From Desulfuromonadaceae bacterium UBA5613 (GTDB taxonomy: Bacteria > Desulfobacterota > Desulfuromonadia > Desulfuromonadales > UBA2197), in the NCBI GenBank assembly GCA_002424625.1, contig DIKR01000071.1:97392-151502 (forward strand): a DNA stretch of 54,111 bases, given 5' to 3'. Below the pieces are notes generated by a model. It searched no databases. It saw only the letters and a program-made list of their open reading frames with translations, and was not told where the DNA came from. Positions 46,903 through 54,111 of this stretch are shown here, in pieces. Position numbers and translations under genes: made by a program. Position 1 is the stretch's first letter, and every line of letters begins with the position of its first letter.

Positions 46903-48567
46903 ATGGTGAGCCCTTTCACCAATATCGCCGCCCACCTGCCAAAGATGGCCCGCCTTCAGCCCGAGACCGTGGCGATCTATTGCCCGGTCGGCCACCATCC
47001 GGACGGCTCTCCCCGCTACACCCGCACCAGCTATTCCCAACTCGACCAGGACAGCGATCGTATCGCCCACGCTCTCGAATCCCTTGGCATCGTTCGTGGC
47101 GTCCGCACAGTCCTCATGGTCCCGCCGAGCGCGGAATTTTTTGCCCTGACCTTTGCCCTCTTCAAGGTCGGAGCGATCCCCATCCTCATCGATCCGGGGA
47201 TGGGGATCAAGAATCTCAAAGTCTGTATCGCCGAGGCCGAGCCGACCGCTTTTATCGGCATCCCCAAGGCGCACCTCGCCCGCTGTCTCCTCGGTTGGGG
47301 GAAGCCGACGATCAAGGTCCTCCTCACGATCGGCGCGCTCCGCCTCTGGGGAGGGACAACCCTGAAGCGACTTCTCGCTGCCAGTCCCGGCGATCGCTCC
47401 TATACCATGGCCGCCACCGCTGCCGACGAAACTGCGGCGATCCTCTTTACCAGCGGCAGCACCGGCGTCCCTAAGGGAGCGGTCTACAGCCACGGTAACT
47501 TCAGCGCTCAGGTTTCAGCGCTGCGTGATCTTTACAATATTCAGCCCGGCGAAATCGATCTGCCGACCTTCCCCCTCTTTGCCCTCTTTGCCCCGGCGCT
47601 GGGGATGACCTCGGTCCTGCCGGAGATGGACTTTACCCGGCCGGCCCTCGTCGATCCGCGCAAAATCATCACTGCCATCCAGACCTTCGAGATCACCAGC
47701 ATGTTCGGCTCGCCGGCCCTGATTAATCGCGTCAGCCTTTATGGTCGCGAGCACGGGATCAAGCTGCCGAGTCTGCAGCGGGTCATCTCCGCTGGGGCGC
47801 CGGTGCCGGCAACAGTGCTGGAGCGCTTTGCGGCCATGCTTGATGCCCCGGCGCAGATCTTCACTCCCTACGGCGCCACCGAGGCGTTGCCGGTCTGCTC
47901 TATCGGCAGTGCCGAGATCCTCGCTGAGACCCGGGCTCTGACCGAGCAGGGGCAGGGGGTCTGTGTCGGCCGGCCGGTCGCCGGTATTGAGCTGGAGATC
48001 ATTGCTATCAGCGATGAACCGATTTCGCGTTGGGATGACTCGCTGAAAGTTGCCCCCGGTGCCATCGGCGAGATTACCGTCAAGGGGGCGCAGGTGACGC
48101 GGGGCTACCATAATCGCCCGACTTCGACGGCGCTCGCCAAGATCGCTGCTCCGGCCGGGGGGTTCTATCACCGCATGGGCGATCTCGGCTATCGCGACGA
48201 AAGCGGGCGAATCTGGTTCTGCGGTCGCAAGTCGCACCGGGTTGTCACCGAAAACGGCCCTCTCTTCACCGTCCCCTGTGAAGGGATCTTCAATGCCCAC
48301 CCGGCGGTCTACCGCACGGCCCTGGTTGGCATCGGTCCTTCCGGCAAACAGCGTCCGGTCCTTTGTGTCGAGCTGGAAAAAGGGATCGATCCGGCGCAAC
48401 AGTCTGCGATCCGCGCCGCACTCTGCGTCCTCGGACAGCAGCATAGCCAGACGCAGACGATCGAAACCTTCCTCTTTCACCCCGCCTTCCCCGTCGATAT
48501 CCGTCATAATGCCAAGATCTTCCGTGAGAAGCTGGCGCTGTGGGCCGCTACCCAGGTGACGCCATGA
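46903..48567 (+). CDS. oleC: OleC AMP-dependent ligase family (beta-lactone synthetase)
   Basis: AMP-binding motif ILFTSGSTGVPKG, YGATE and GDLGYRDESG. Confidence 0.85.
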   Translation: MVSPFTNIAAHLPKMARLQPETVAIYCPVGHHPDGSPRYTRTSYSQLDQDSDRIAHALESLGIVRGVRTVLMVPPSAEFFALTFALFKVGAIPILIDPGMGIKNLKVCIAEAEPTAFIGIPKAHLARCLLGWGKPTIKVLLTIGALRLWGGTTLKRLLAASPGDRSYTMAATAADETAAILFTSGSTGVPKGAVYSHGNFSAQVSALRDLYNIQPGEIDLPTFPLFALFAPALGMTSVLPEMDFTRPALVDPRKIITAIQTFEITSMFGSPALINRVSLYGREHGIKLPSLQRVISAGAPVPATVLERFAAMLDAPAQIFTPYGATEALPVCSIGSAEILAETRALTEQGQGVCVGRPVAGIELEIIAISDEPISRWDDSLKVAPGAIGEITVKGAQVTRGYHNRPTSTALAKIAAPAGGFYHRMGDLGYRDESGRIWFCGRKSHRVVTENGPLFTVPCEGIFNAHPAVYRTALVGIGPSGKQRPVLCVELEKGIDPAQQSAIRAALCVLGQQHSQTQTIETFLFHPAFPVDIRHNAKIFREKLALWAATQVTP

Positions 48568-49550
48568 AGGCGCTGGTCACCGGCGGCGGCGGTTTCCTCG
48601 GCAAGGCGATTGTCCGCTTGCTGCGCGCCCGCGGCGATGTCGTCCGTTCCTTTTCGCGCACCCCCCATCCGGAGCTGGCCGCGCTTGGCGTCGAACATTG
48701 CTGCGGCGAGCTTCACGACCCGACCGCAGTTGCCGCCGCGGTGGCTGGTTGCGATATTGTTTATCACGTCGCCGCCAAGGCCGGGATCTGGGGGCCCTAT
48801 GCCGAGTTTTATCAGGCCAACGTCATCGGCACGCAAAATGTCATCGCTGCCTGCCGCCGCCATGGTGTTCGTCGCCTCGTTTATACCAGCTCGCCGAGTG
48901 TGGTCTTCGACGGCAGCGACATGGAAGGGGTCGATGAGTCAGTCCCTTATCCACAACATTTTCATGCCCCTTATCCGCAGACCAAGGCCGAAGCGGAGAT
49001 TCTCGTGCTGCGCAGCAATGGACCCGAGCTCGCGACCGTGGCCCTGCGGCCGCATCTGATCTGGGGGCCGGAGGATAACCACCTCGTGCCGCGCATCCTT
49101 GCCCGCGGCCGCCAGGGGGCGCTGCGCCGCATCGGCACCCGGCCCTGTCTGGTCGATACCATCTATATCGATAATGCCGCTGCTGCCCATCTCCTTGCGG
49201 CCGATACTTTGGCGATCGGTTCGCAAGTCGCCGGTCGCGCCTACTTCCTGTCGCAGGGGGAGCCGATTCCCCTTTGGGAGATGGTCAATCGCATCCTCGC
49301 CGCCGGCGGCCTGGCGCCGGTCACCCGCACCATCTCTCCCGGTCTTGCCTACGCCATCGGCTGGACGCTGGAGAAGAGTTACGCGGCGCTGCGGATCAGT
49401 AGCGAGCCGCGCCTGACCCGTTTTGTTGCTCGTGAACTTTCGACGGCGCACTGGTTCGACATCAGTGCGGCCCGCCGTGACTTTGGTTACCATCCGGAGG
49501 TCTCCCTCGACGCCGGGATGGAGAGACTGCAGACGTGGCTGGCACGATGA
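48564..49550 (+). CDS. oleD: OleD NAD(P)H-dependent reductase (3-beta-HSD/epimerase family)
   Basis: Rossmann VTGGGGFLG and catalytic YPQTK. ATG 48564 forms an ATGA overlap with oleC. Confidence 0.85.
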   Translation: MKALVTGGGGFLGKAIVRLLRARGDVVRSFSRTPHPELAALGVEHCCGELHDPTAVAAAVAGCDIVYHVAAKAGIWGPYAEFYQANVIGTQNVIAACRRHGVRRLVYTSSPSVVFDGSDMEGVDESVPYPQHFHAPYPQTKAEAEILVLRSNGPELATVALRPHLIWGPEDNHLVPRILARGRQGALRRIGTRPCLVDTIYIDNAAAAHLLAADTLAIGSQVAGRAYFLSQGEPIPLWEMVNRILAAGGLAPVTRTISPGLAYAIGWTLEKSYAALRISSEPRLTRFVARELSTAHWFDISAARRDFGYHPEVSLDAGMERLQTWLAR

Positions 49551-50206
49551 CCCTCTGGCCTTCGCCCCCCGCCACGCGCTCTTTGCCCCCGGGGGAGGTT
49601 CACCTCTGGCGCATCCCCCTCACGCCTTCAGCCGAAGAATTTTCCCTCCTCCACACTCTCCTTTCCTCTGACGAATTGCAACGCGCTGAACGCTTGCTTG
49701 ATCGCCGCAAAGCACAGGATTTCATCGTCGGCCGCGGCCGTCTGCGCCAGATTCTCGCTTCTTATCTGCATGTGGATCCGGCTGCCATGGCTTTGACCTG
49801 CGGCAAGCACGGCAAGCCGGCGCTGACGGGCAACGCTCTGCAATTCAACCTGTCCCACTCCGGCGACTGGGCACTCCTTGCTCTTCGTGCCGATGCGGCC
49901 ATCGGCGTCGATCTCGAAAGGATCGATCCTGCGCTCGATTATAAAGTGTTGACAACGAGGTTCTTTACCGCGGCCGAGAATGCACTCCTCCTGGCGGCCC
50001 CGATAGCACAACGCCGGCGGCGATTTTATCGGCTCTGGACGCGCAAGGAAGCGCTGCTCAAAGGGCAGGGGCAGGGGTTTTCCGGGTCAGCAGAGGATGA
50101 GGCGGGGGATTGGCAATGGCAAACATTCTGGCTGGCGCCGGGATATGTCGGGACCATGGCGTCTGAGGGAGAGATTCTGGCGCTGCGGCGCTGGCAGGTG
50201 GGGTGA
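49547..50206 (+). CDS. Sfp-type 4'-phosphopantetheinyl transferase
   Basis: FNLSHSG, GVDLERI and WTRKEALLKG motifs. ATG 49547 forms an ATGA overlap with oleD. Confidence 0.8.
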   Translation: MTLWPSPPATRSLPPGEVHLWRIPLTPSAEEFSLLHTLLSSDELQRAERLLDRRKAQDFIVGRGRLRQILASYLHVDPAAMALTCGKHGKPALTGNALQFNLSHSGDWALLALRADAAIGVDLERIDPALDYKVLTTRFFTAAENALLLAAPIAQRRRRFYRLWTRKEALLKGQGQGFSGSAEDEAGDWQWQTFWLAPGYVGTMASEGEILALRRWQVG

Positions 50207-50224
50207 AATGAAAAAAAAGGGAAA

Positions 50225-50246
50225 GGGGCGGTTCACGAACCGCCCC
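50225..50246 (-). terminator. Rho-independent terminator of rpoH
   Basis: ggggcggt-tcacga-accgcccc hairpin. On the minus strand it is followed by a long T-run (plus-strand aaaaaaaa at 50208-50217). Confidence 0.55.
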
Positions 50247-50251
50247 CAGAA

Positions 50252-51094
50252 TTAAGCCGCCGGTGCCAGTAGTTTGCGCAGCTTCTCCATGGCGTTCTTT
50301 TCGAGCTGGCGGACCCGTTCGCGACTGATACCGTATTCATCGGCAACATCCTGCAGCGTGCGTGGCACTTCCGCGAGGATGCGCTCATGGACAATGTGCC
50401 GTTCCCGTTCATTGAGGGCAGAGAGGGCAGCAGCGATGGTCGCTTCCCGCCGCGTCTCCTCCTGGCGGCGCATCAACGCTTCTTCCTGATTTTCCCGCTC
50501 ATCCGGAAGATGATCGAGAAAGGTCTCCTCCGCCCCCTCAAAGCGGGCAAGGTCGAGGGAGCTGTCGCGTCCGGACATGCGGCCGCTCATCTCTTCGACC
50601 GCCGCGCCGCGTAACTCCAGGTGGCGACCGATCTCTTCGGCATCGGCGTCGCCGGTGAGGTTACGAATCGCTTCGCGGGCCTGGGAGAGTTTGAAAAAGA
50701 GTTTCTTCTGCGCCTGGGTGGTGCCGATCTTGACCAGTGACCAGGAGTGAATGATAAAGTTCTGGATGTAGGCACGAATCCACCAGACAGCATAGGTAAT
50801 GAGGCGAATGCCGCGCTCGGGATCGAATTTTTTCACCGCCAGCATCAGGCCGATATTCCCTTCCTGAATGAGGTCGAGGAGGCGCATGCCGTAGGAACGG
50901 TATTCGTTGGCGATTTTGACGACAAAACGCAGATGACCGCAGGTGAGCTGGTGGGCGGCGTCAATGTCCTGATGATCGCGCCAGCGTCGTGCCAGAGTGG
51001 TCTCCTCATCCCGCGACAGCAGGGGAAGGCGATTGATCTCACTCATGTAACGATCCAAGGTGTCGGGCATCAAGGAAAGTTGCGCTAGTTCCAT
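50252..51094 (-). CDS. rpoH: RNA polymerase sigma-32 (heat-shock sigma factor RpoH)
   Basis: Region 2 (LIQEGNIGLMLAVKKFDP, YAVWWIRA) and an RpoH box (TTQAQKKLFFKL). Region 4 HTH is LQDVADEYGISRERVRQLE. Confidence 0.92.
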   Translation of the reverse strand: MELAQLSLMPDTLDRYMSEINRLPLLSRDEETTLARRWRDHQDIDAAHQLTCGHLRFVVKIANEYRSYGMRLLDLIQEGNIGLMLAVKKFDPERGIRLITYAVWWIRAYIQNFIIHSWSLVKIGTTQAQKKLFFKLSQAREAIRNLTGDADAEEIGRHLELRGAAVEEMSGRMSGRDSSLDLARFEGAEETFLDHLPDERENQEEALMRRQEETRREATIAAALSALNERERHIVHERILAEVPRTLQDVADEYGISRERVRQLEKNAMEKLRKLLAPAA

Positions 51095-51258
51095 GCTTGA
51101 AAAACCTCCGTTGGCACTCTTGATGTTTGAGTGCTAAATATAGCCAGAGTCAGAGGCTTTTGCAAGGGGGGAGCGAAATTTTATCATTTTTTCGTGTATT
51201 ATTTCCTTACAAGAGGATCTGTCCGCCTTGATGTTTTTTTATGGAGCCGGATCGCTAG

Positions 51259-51972
51259 ATGGCTAATTCCACTAACAATTTTCTCCCCTGGATCAAGGCG
51301 ACAATCCTTGTCCTCATTCTCATCGCCCTCGGCCTTTTGGTCTGGTGGGCGATGCCGCCGGAACTCTTTGATCCCGACTGGATTGCGAATCTTCTCCAAG
51401 GAGCAGGGTGGTGGGCGCCCTTGGCCTTTATCCTGCTGCGCGTCGTTGCGATCATGGTCACCGTCGTCCCCAATGCTCCTCTCGATATTGCCGGCGGCGC
51501 TCTCTTCGGCCCCTTCTGGGGGACGATCTACTCCCTGCTCGGCAGTGAACTCGGCGCGATCGTCTGTTTCCTCCTGGCCCGCTCCCTTGGCCGCGAAGCG
51601 ATCACCCGTGTCCTGCACCGCGAAATCACCTTCTGCGACCGTATCGCCGACCGGCATCTGGTCTTCGTTATCCTCTTTGCCCGTCTCGAACCGATCTTCT
51701 CCTTTGCCCTCGTTAGTTACGGCGCCGGCTTGACGCGGATGTCGCTGCAGGCTTTTGCTCTGAGTACGCTGGTGGGGATGACCCCTGGTACCCTCATCCT
51801 CAACTACTACGGCAAAAGTTTCTTCTCCGGCAGTATCTTCCTCCAGATCTTTCTCGGCCTCGCCTTTGTTATCCTCATCCTAGTTATTCCCGTCTGGATC
51901 AAACGGAGAAACCCCTGGGGCTGGTACGACAAGATGACCGGACGGGGGGAGTGCAAGGATGAAATATCATAA
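51259..51972 (+). CDS. TVP38/TMEM64 (DedA-related, SNARE-associated) family membrane protein
   Basis: 237 aa with about 5 TM segments. The family-typical segment is PNAPLDIAGGALFGPFWGTIYSLLGSELGAIVCFLLAR. Confidence 0.8.
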   Translation: MANSTNNFLPWIKATILVLILIALGLLVWWAMPPELFDPDWIANLLQGAGWWAPLAFILLRVVAIMVTVVPNAPLDIAGGALFGPFWGTIYSLLGSELGAIVCFLLARSLGREAITRVLHREITFCDRIADRHLVFVILFARLEPIFSFALVSYGAGLTRMSLQAFALSTLVGMTPGTLILNYYGKSFFSGSIFLQIFLGLAFVILILVIPVWIKRRNPWGWYDKMTGRGECKDEIS

Positions 51973-52130
51973 TTCAACTTTCATAATTGTCTTTTTTACG
52001 GTACAACTTTGACTCTTTTTAATGGCGGGATTTGCAGGTTGAGAGAGGGCTTGAATGTTTAAACAGAATGCAGCAGCGCTAACGCCGCCTTGATCAGCAG
52101 ATAACAATGCCGATCGGCGGCGTTTTGCAT

Positions 52131-52155
52131 TTGATATTCCAATCTGGAATATCAA
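52131..52155. repeat. Perfect 11-bp-arm palindrome
   Basis: ttgatattcca-atc-tggaatatcaa, read directly from the sequence. Confidence 0.9.
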
Positions 52156-52166
52156 ATTGCCGAATC

Positions 52167-52193
52167 TTTGAGGTCACAAATTGTGACCTCAAA
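52167..52193. repeat. Perfect 27-nt palindrome that includes the IS3-family left end
   Basis: tttgaggtcaCA-aat-TGtgacctcaaa. A further copy of the half-site (tttgaggAcaca) lies at 52227-52238. Confidence 0.9.
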
Positions 52194-52269
52194 CGTGCCC
52201 ACACAGTATGTTGAGCTATCTTCAAATTTGAGGACACACCATATATCCTAAAGATCAGGAGGTGTGTTC

Positions 52270-52578
52270 ATGCGAAACAAACGTAGGTACGACTCAGAGT
52301 TCAAGCAAGAGGCCGTTCGCCTCGTTACCGAAGATGGTCTAGGCATTCGCGAGGTGGAAAGAAATCTCGGAATTACCCATGGCGTCTTGAAAGGTTGGGT
52401 ACAAAAGCACCACGACCAACAGGAGGCCGCTCTTTCCGGTGGAAATTCTCCACTATCGCCAGAAGTCGAACTTAAGCAGCTTCGCAAAGAAAATGAGCGA
52501 CTTCAGCGAGAGCGCGACATTCTAAAAAAAGCAGTGGCCATCTTCTCGACGGACCCGCATCGATATTCGGGTTCATAA
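52270..52578 (+). CDS. IS3-family transposase OrfA (HTH/leucine-zipper subunit)
   Basis: RYDSEFKQEAVRLV...GITHGVLKGWVQKH HTH and LKQLRKENERLQRERDILKKAVAIFS zipper. AGGAGG lies 7 nt upstream of ATG 52270. Confidence 0.8.
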   Translation: MRNKRRYDSEFKQEAVRLVTEDGLGIREVERNLGITHGVLKGWVQKHHDQQEAALSGGNSPLSPEVELKQLRKENERLQRERDILKKAVAIFSTDPHRYSGS

Positions 52579-52607
52579 CCGAGCACCGCTCCGAATTCGG
52601 AGTGAAG
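52524..52607 (+). pseudogene. 5' stub of IS3-family orfB (DDE transposase), truncated
   Basis: The -1 frame from the A7G site reads KKSSGHLLDGPASIFGFITEHRSEFGVK. It then runs into unrelated AT-rich sequence and a stop. Confidence 0.6.
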
Positions 52608-52740
52608 GATAATTCATGCAGAAAATATTTCCCAAAATGAGCTTGAAGAAATATTGAAAAACGCCAAAAGCATAACAGCAATAGAAACAAAAAAAGAATG
52701 AAAATAACAAGCAAATCAAGCGGATGGAAGAGATCTGATA

Positions 52741-52795
52741 GGGGTCAGCCACTGACAATGGACACTTTATTTGTCCATTGTCAGTGGCTGACCCC
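52741..52795. repeat. Perfect 24-bp-stem / 7-nt-loop hairpin
   Basis: ggggtcagccactgacaatggaca-ctttatt-tgtccattgtcagtggctgacccc, verified base by base. It is followed by TTTAAT and ends 49 nt upstream of the nuclease ATG. Confidence 0.9.
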
Positions 52796-52843
52796 TTTAA
52801 TGAATCATTCAACATATTTTGTCACATCATATTGGTGAATGTT

Positions 52844-53845
52844 ATGGCACGAAGAAGAACAAGTCCGTTTGAAGATTTAGTTGATACGGTCAGTAAAATG
52901 CCGTGGTGGATTGGTCTCGTCATGGCTTTGGTCTCCTATTTGATTCTGCATCAAATGTCCATAAGACCACCTGTCACGGTAACCGGTCCGGCACAGATGG
53001 GTGCTGCCGCGACAGGCGGGCTCATCAGGGTTCTGGCGATGTTTGGTCAGTTCGTTCTCCCCTTTGCGTTTGTTCTTGGCTCCCTAATCTCCGCATTCAA
53101 AACCCTCAGTGACAAAAAGCCCCTTGCCCCTGCGCCTAAACGCACGGGTGGGCCGATCGTTCCGGGCGAAAGGAAGTCGCTCGATCATGGCTCCCGGTCC
53201 GGTCAACCCGCAATAACTGCTCTTCCGGTGCCGGTGGCGCCCCGACAGGCTGACGACGGCTGGACTCCAGAGATTCTCGCTGCACTGGAATGGAAGCGCT
53301 TTGAGACCGTTTGCGCCGAATATTTGCGGCTGATTGGTTTTGACCCGAAAGAGACCAGAATCGGTGCCGACGGTGGTGTCGATATCTGGATTTACAAGCA
53401 GGGCATGGAGCGGCCGTTCGGCATCGTTCAGTGCAAGGCATGGAATACTTACAAAGTGGGTATCAAGCCGGTTCGGGAACTTTATGGAGTCATGTCCGCC
53501 GAGAAGGTCGCCAATGGTTTATTCATCACTTCAGGGACATTCACTTCGGAAGCCATGACTTTTGCCGAGGGGAAATTGATTACGCTCTTTTCCGGGCAGG
53601 AGTTTCTGGCCAAGATCAAATCCCTTGCCGAAAAAGATCAGGCAACACTTCTCAATATCGCCACCGCCGGGGATTATCGAACTCCAACTTGTCCGCAGTG
53701 CGGCATTAAAATGACCCTGCGGAATGGAGTCGATGGGAAGAGAGCCTTTTGGGGTTGTGTCAAATTCCCTAAATGCCGGGCAACTCTTGTCTATAAAAAA
53801 GCTGAGATAGAAGAGCCGGACCCAGTGCCAGATTGGGCTTATTGA
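52844..53845 (+). CDS. Membrane-anchored Mrr-type (PD-(D/E)xK) restriction endonuclease-like protein with a C-terminal topoisomerase-type C4 zinc ribbon
   Basis: N-terminus RRRTSPFEDLVD is followed by two TM helices. Mrr_cat core is WKRFETVCAEYLRLIGF...GADGGVDIWIY...GIVQCKAW...LFITSGTFTSEA. The C-terminus is CPQCG...FWGCVKFPKCR. ATG 52844 is preferred, because the ORF start 52778 lies inside the hairpin. Confidence 0.75.
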   Translation: MARRRTSPFEDLVDTVSKMPWWIGLVMALVSYLILHQMSIRPPVTVTGPAQMGAAATGGLIRVLAMFGQFVLPFAFVLGSLISAFKTLSDKKPLAPAPKRTGGPIVPGERKSLDHGSRSGQPAITALPVPVAPRQADDGWTPEILAALEWKRFETVCAEYLRLIGFDPKETRIGADGGVDIWIYKQGMERPFGIVQCKAWNTYKVGIKPVRELYGVMSAEKVANGLFITSGTFTSEAMTFAEGKLITLFSGQEFLAKIKSLAEKDQATLLNIATAGDYRTPTCPQCGIKMTLRNGVDGKRAFWGCVKFPKCRATLVYKKAEIEEPDPVPDWAY

Positions 53846-54028
53846 TTTAACGTCGTGTAACGCAATAACCATAATCGGGCGAAAGATTTTTCGCCCCTAC
53901 GACACCGCCCCCAGAAATTCATTTAATTTTATCGAATAGATAACAGCCTTAGTTCCTCAAGAATCGACAGACAGCGATGGAGAAAGCTCATCGAAAAGAA
54001 TCAGCAACAGAGAGAGACCGAAGAGGGT

Positions 54029-54111
54029 GTGGTTGTGCCGGTGGAGCAGATTGACCCCGTGACGCTGCGCAATCTTGTGACTGAATTTGTTACGCGAGAA
54101 TGGACGGAACT
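54029..54111 (+). CDS. YheU-family (UPF0270-like) protein, 5' fragment running off the window
   Basis: The frame open to the window end reads (M)VVPVEQIDPVTLRNLVTEFVTREWTE, which resembles the YheU N-terminus pattern. GTG 54029 has GAAGAGGG upstream. It is too short for the ORF track. Confidence 0.45.
   Translation, partial: MVVPVEQIDPVTLRNLVTEFVTREWTE

Larger units (their letters stand above)
52182..52607 (+). mobile_element. Truncated IS3-family insertion sequence (left end, orfA, frameshift site and first codons of orfB only)
   Basis: The terminus begins TG (TGTGACCTCAAACG...) 88 nt upstream of the orfA ATG. orfA has an HTH plus leucine zipper. The slippery run A7G lies at 52524-52531. 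The -1 frame continues ...ASIFGFITEHRSEFGVK, as in IS3 OrfB N-termini, and similarity then stops. No DDE domain or right end is present. Confidence 0.7.

Noticed and set aside
51100-51125. TGGCAC-containing sequence upstream of the TVP38 gene, considered as a sigma54 promoter.
   Set aside because: The -12 element is ATGT rather than TTGC at the required spacing, so it does not fit the GG-N10-GC consensus.
52264-52640. IS3-family element considered as an intact, active IS.
   Set aside because: Only orfA, the A7G slippery site and about 25 codons of the -1 frame remain. There is no DDE catalytic domain and no right inverted repeat, so it is annotated as a truncated remnant.
52741-52795. The 55-nt hairpin considered as an integron attC site.
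   Set aside because: The flanks lack the RYYYAAC / GTTRRRY core sites. attC stems are imperfect with extrahelical bases, whereas this stem is perfect. No integrase is present in the window.
52778-52843. Upstream start (ORF track 52778) for the Mrr-like nuclease.
   Set aside because: That start lies inside the right arm of the 24-bp hairpin, and the added residues are not conserved-looking. ATG 52844 gives the basic N-terminus plus TM architecture.

Overview
The window is a 54.1 kb, visibly GC-rich chromosomal segment. Gene content and synteny look like a Desulfuromonadales/Geobacter-type deltaproteobacterium, but that assignment is inference only. The coding strand is obvious almost everywhere, and most long ORFs on the opposite strand are GC-driven shadows.

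Contents in order:
1. 0.3-10.9 kb: an envelope-machine locus. It has three TPR proteins, a small secreted protein, two near-identical TolQ/ExbB paralogs, two ExbD/TolR, an atypical AgmX/PglI-type TonB-like protein and a Pal-like lipoprotein.
2. 11-23.5 kb: a divergent HhH / WYL-regulator pair, then housekeeping genes. These are a TatD-radical-SAM fusion, metG, ricT, holB, tmk, an OmpA lipoprotein, tRNA-Thr, rnc, a radical SAM gene, era and der.
3. 23.6-36 kb: a 13-gene chemosensory operon with CheA, 2 CheW, CheR, CheB and several receivers. No MCP is present. It also carries non-canonical parts: a DUF4388/PATAN-MshEN-like-GAF protein, an ExeA/MshM-like AAA+ ATPase, a Zn-ribbon receiver, a 669-aa HEAT-repeat protein and a coiled-coil GAF protein.
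4. 36-44.9 kb: infA, leuS-lptE-holA, rpsT, ogt, a DHH-CBS-poly(A)-polymerase-family fusion and an M50 site-2 protease.
5. 44.9-50.2 kb: an oleABCD olefin/beta-lactone cluster, translationally coupled to an Sfp-type PPTase.
6. 50.2-52 kb: rpoH and a TVP38/DedA-like membrane protein.
7. 52-53.9 kb: a visibly AT-rich accessory islet. It holds a truncated IS3-family element, several perfect palindromes and a membrane-anchored Mrr-type nuclease with a topoisomerase-type zinc ribbon.
8. Window end: the start of a YheU-like gene.

No CRISPR array, rRNA or intact prophage was seen. The best candidates for poorly described biology are the MCP-less chemosensory module and the Agl/Glt-core-like TPR-TolQR-TonB locus. 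The Mrr-like islet ranks third.
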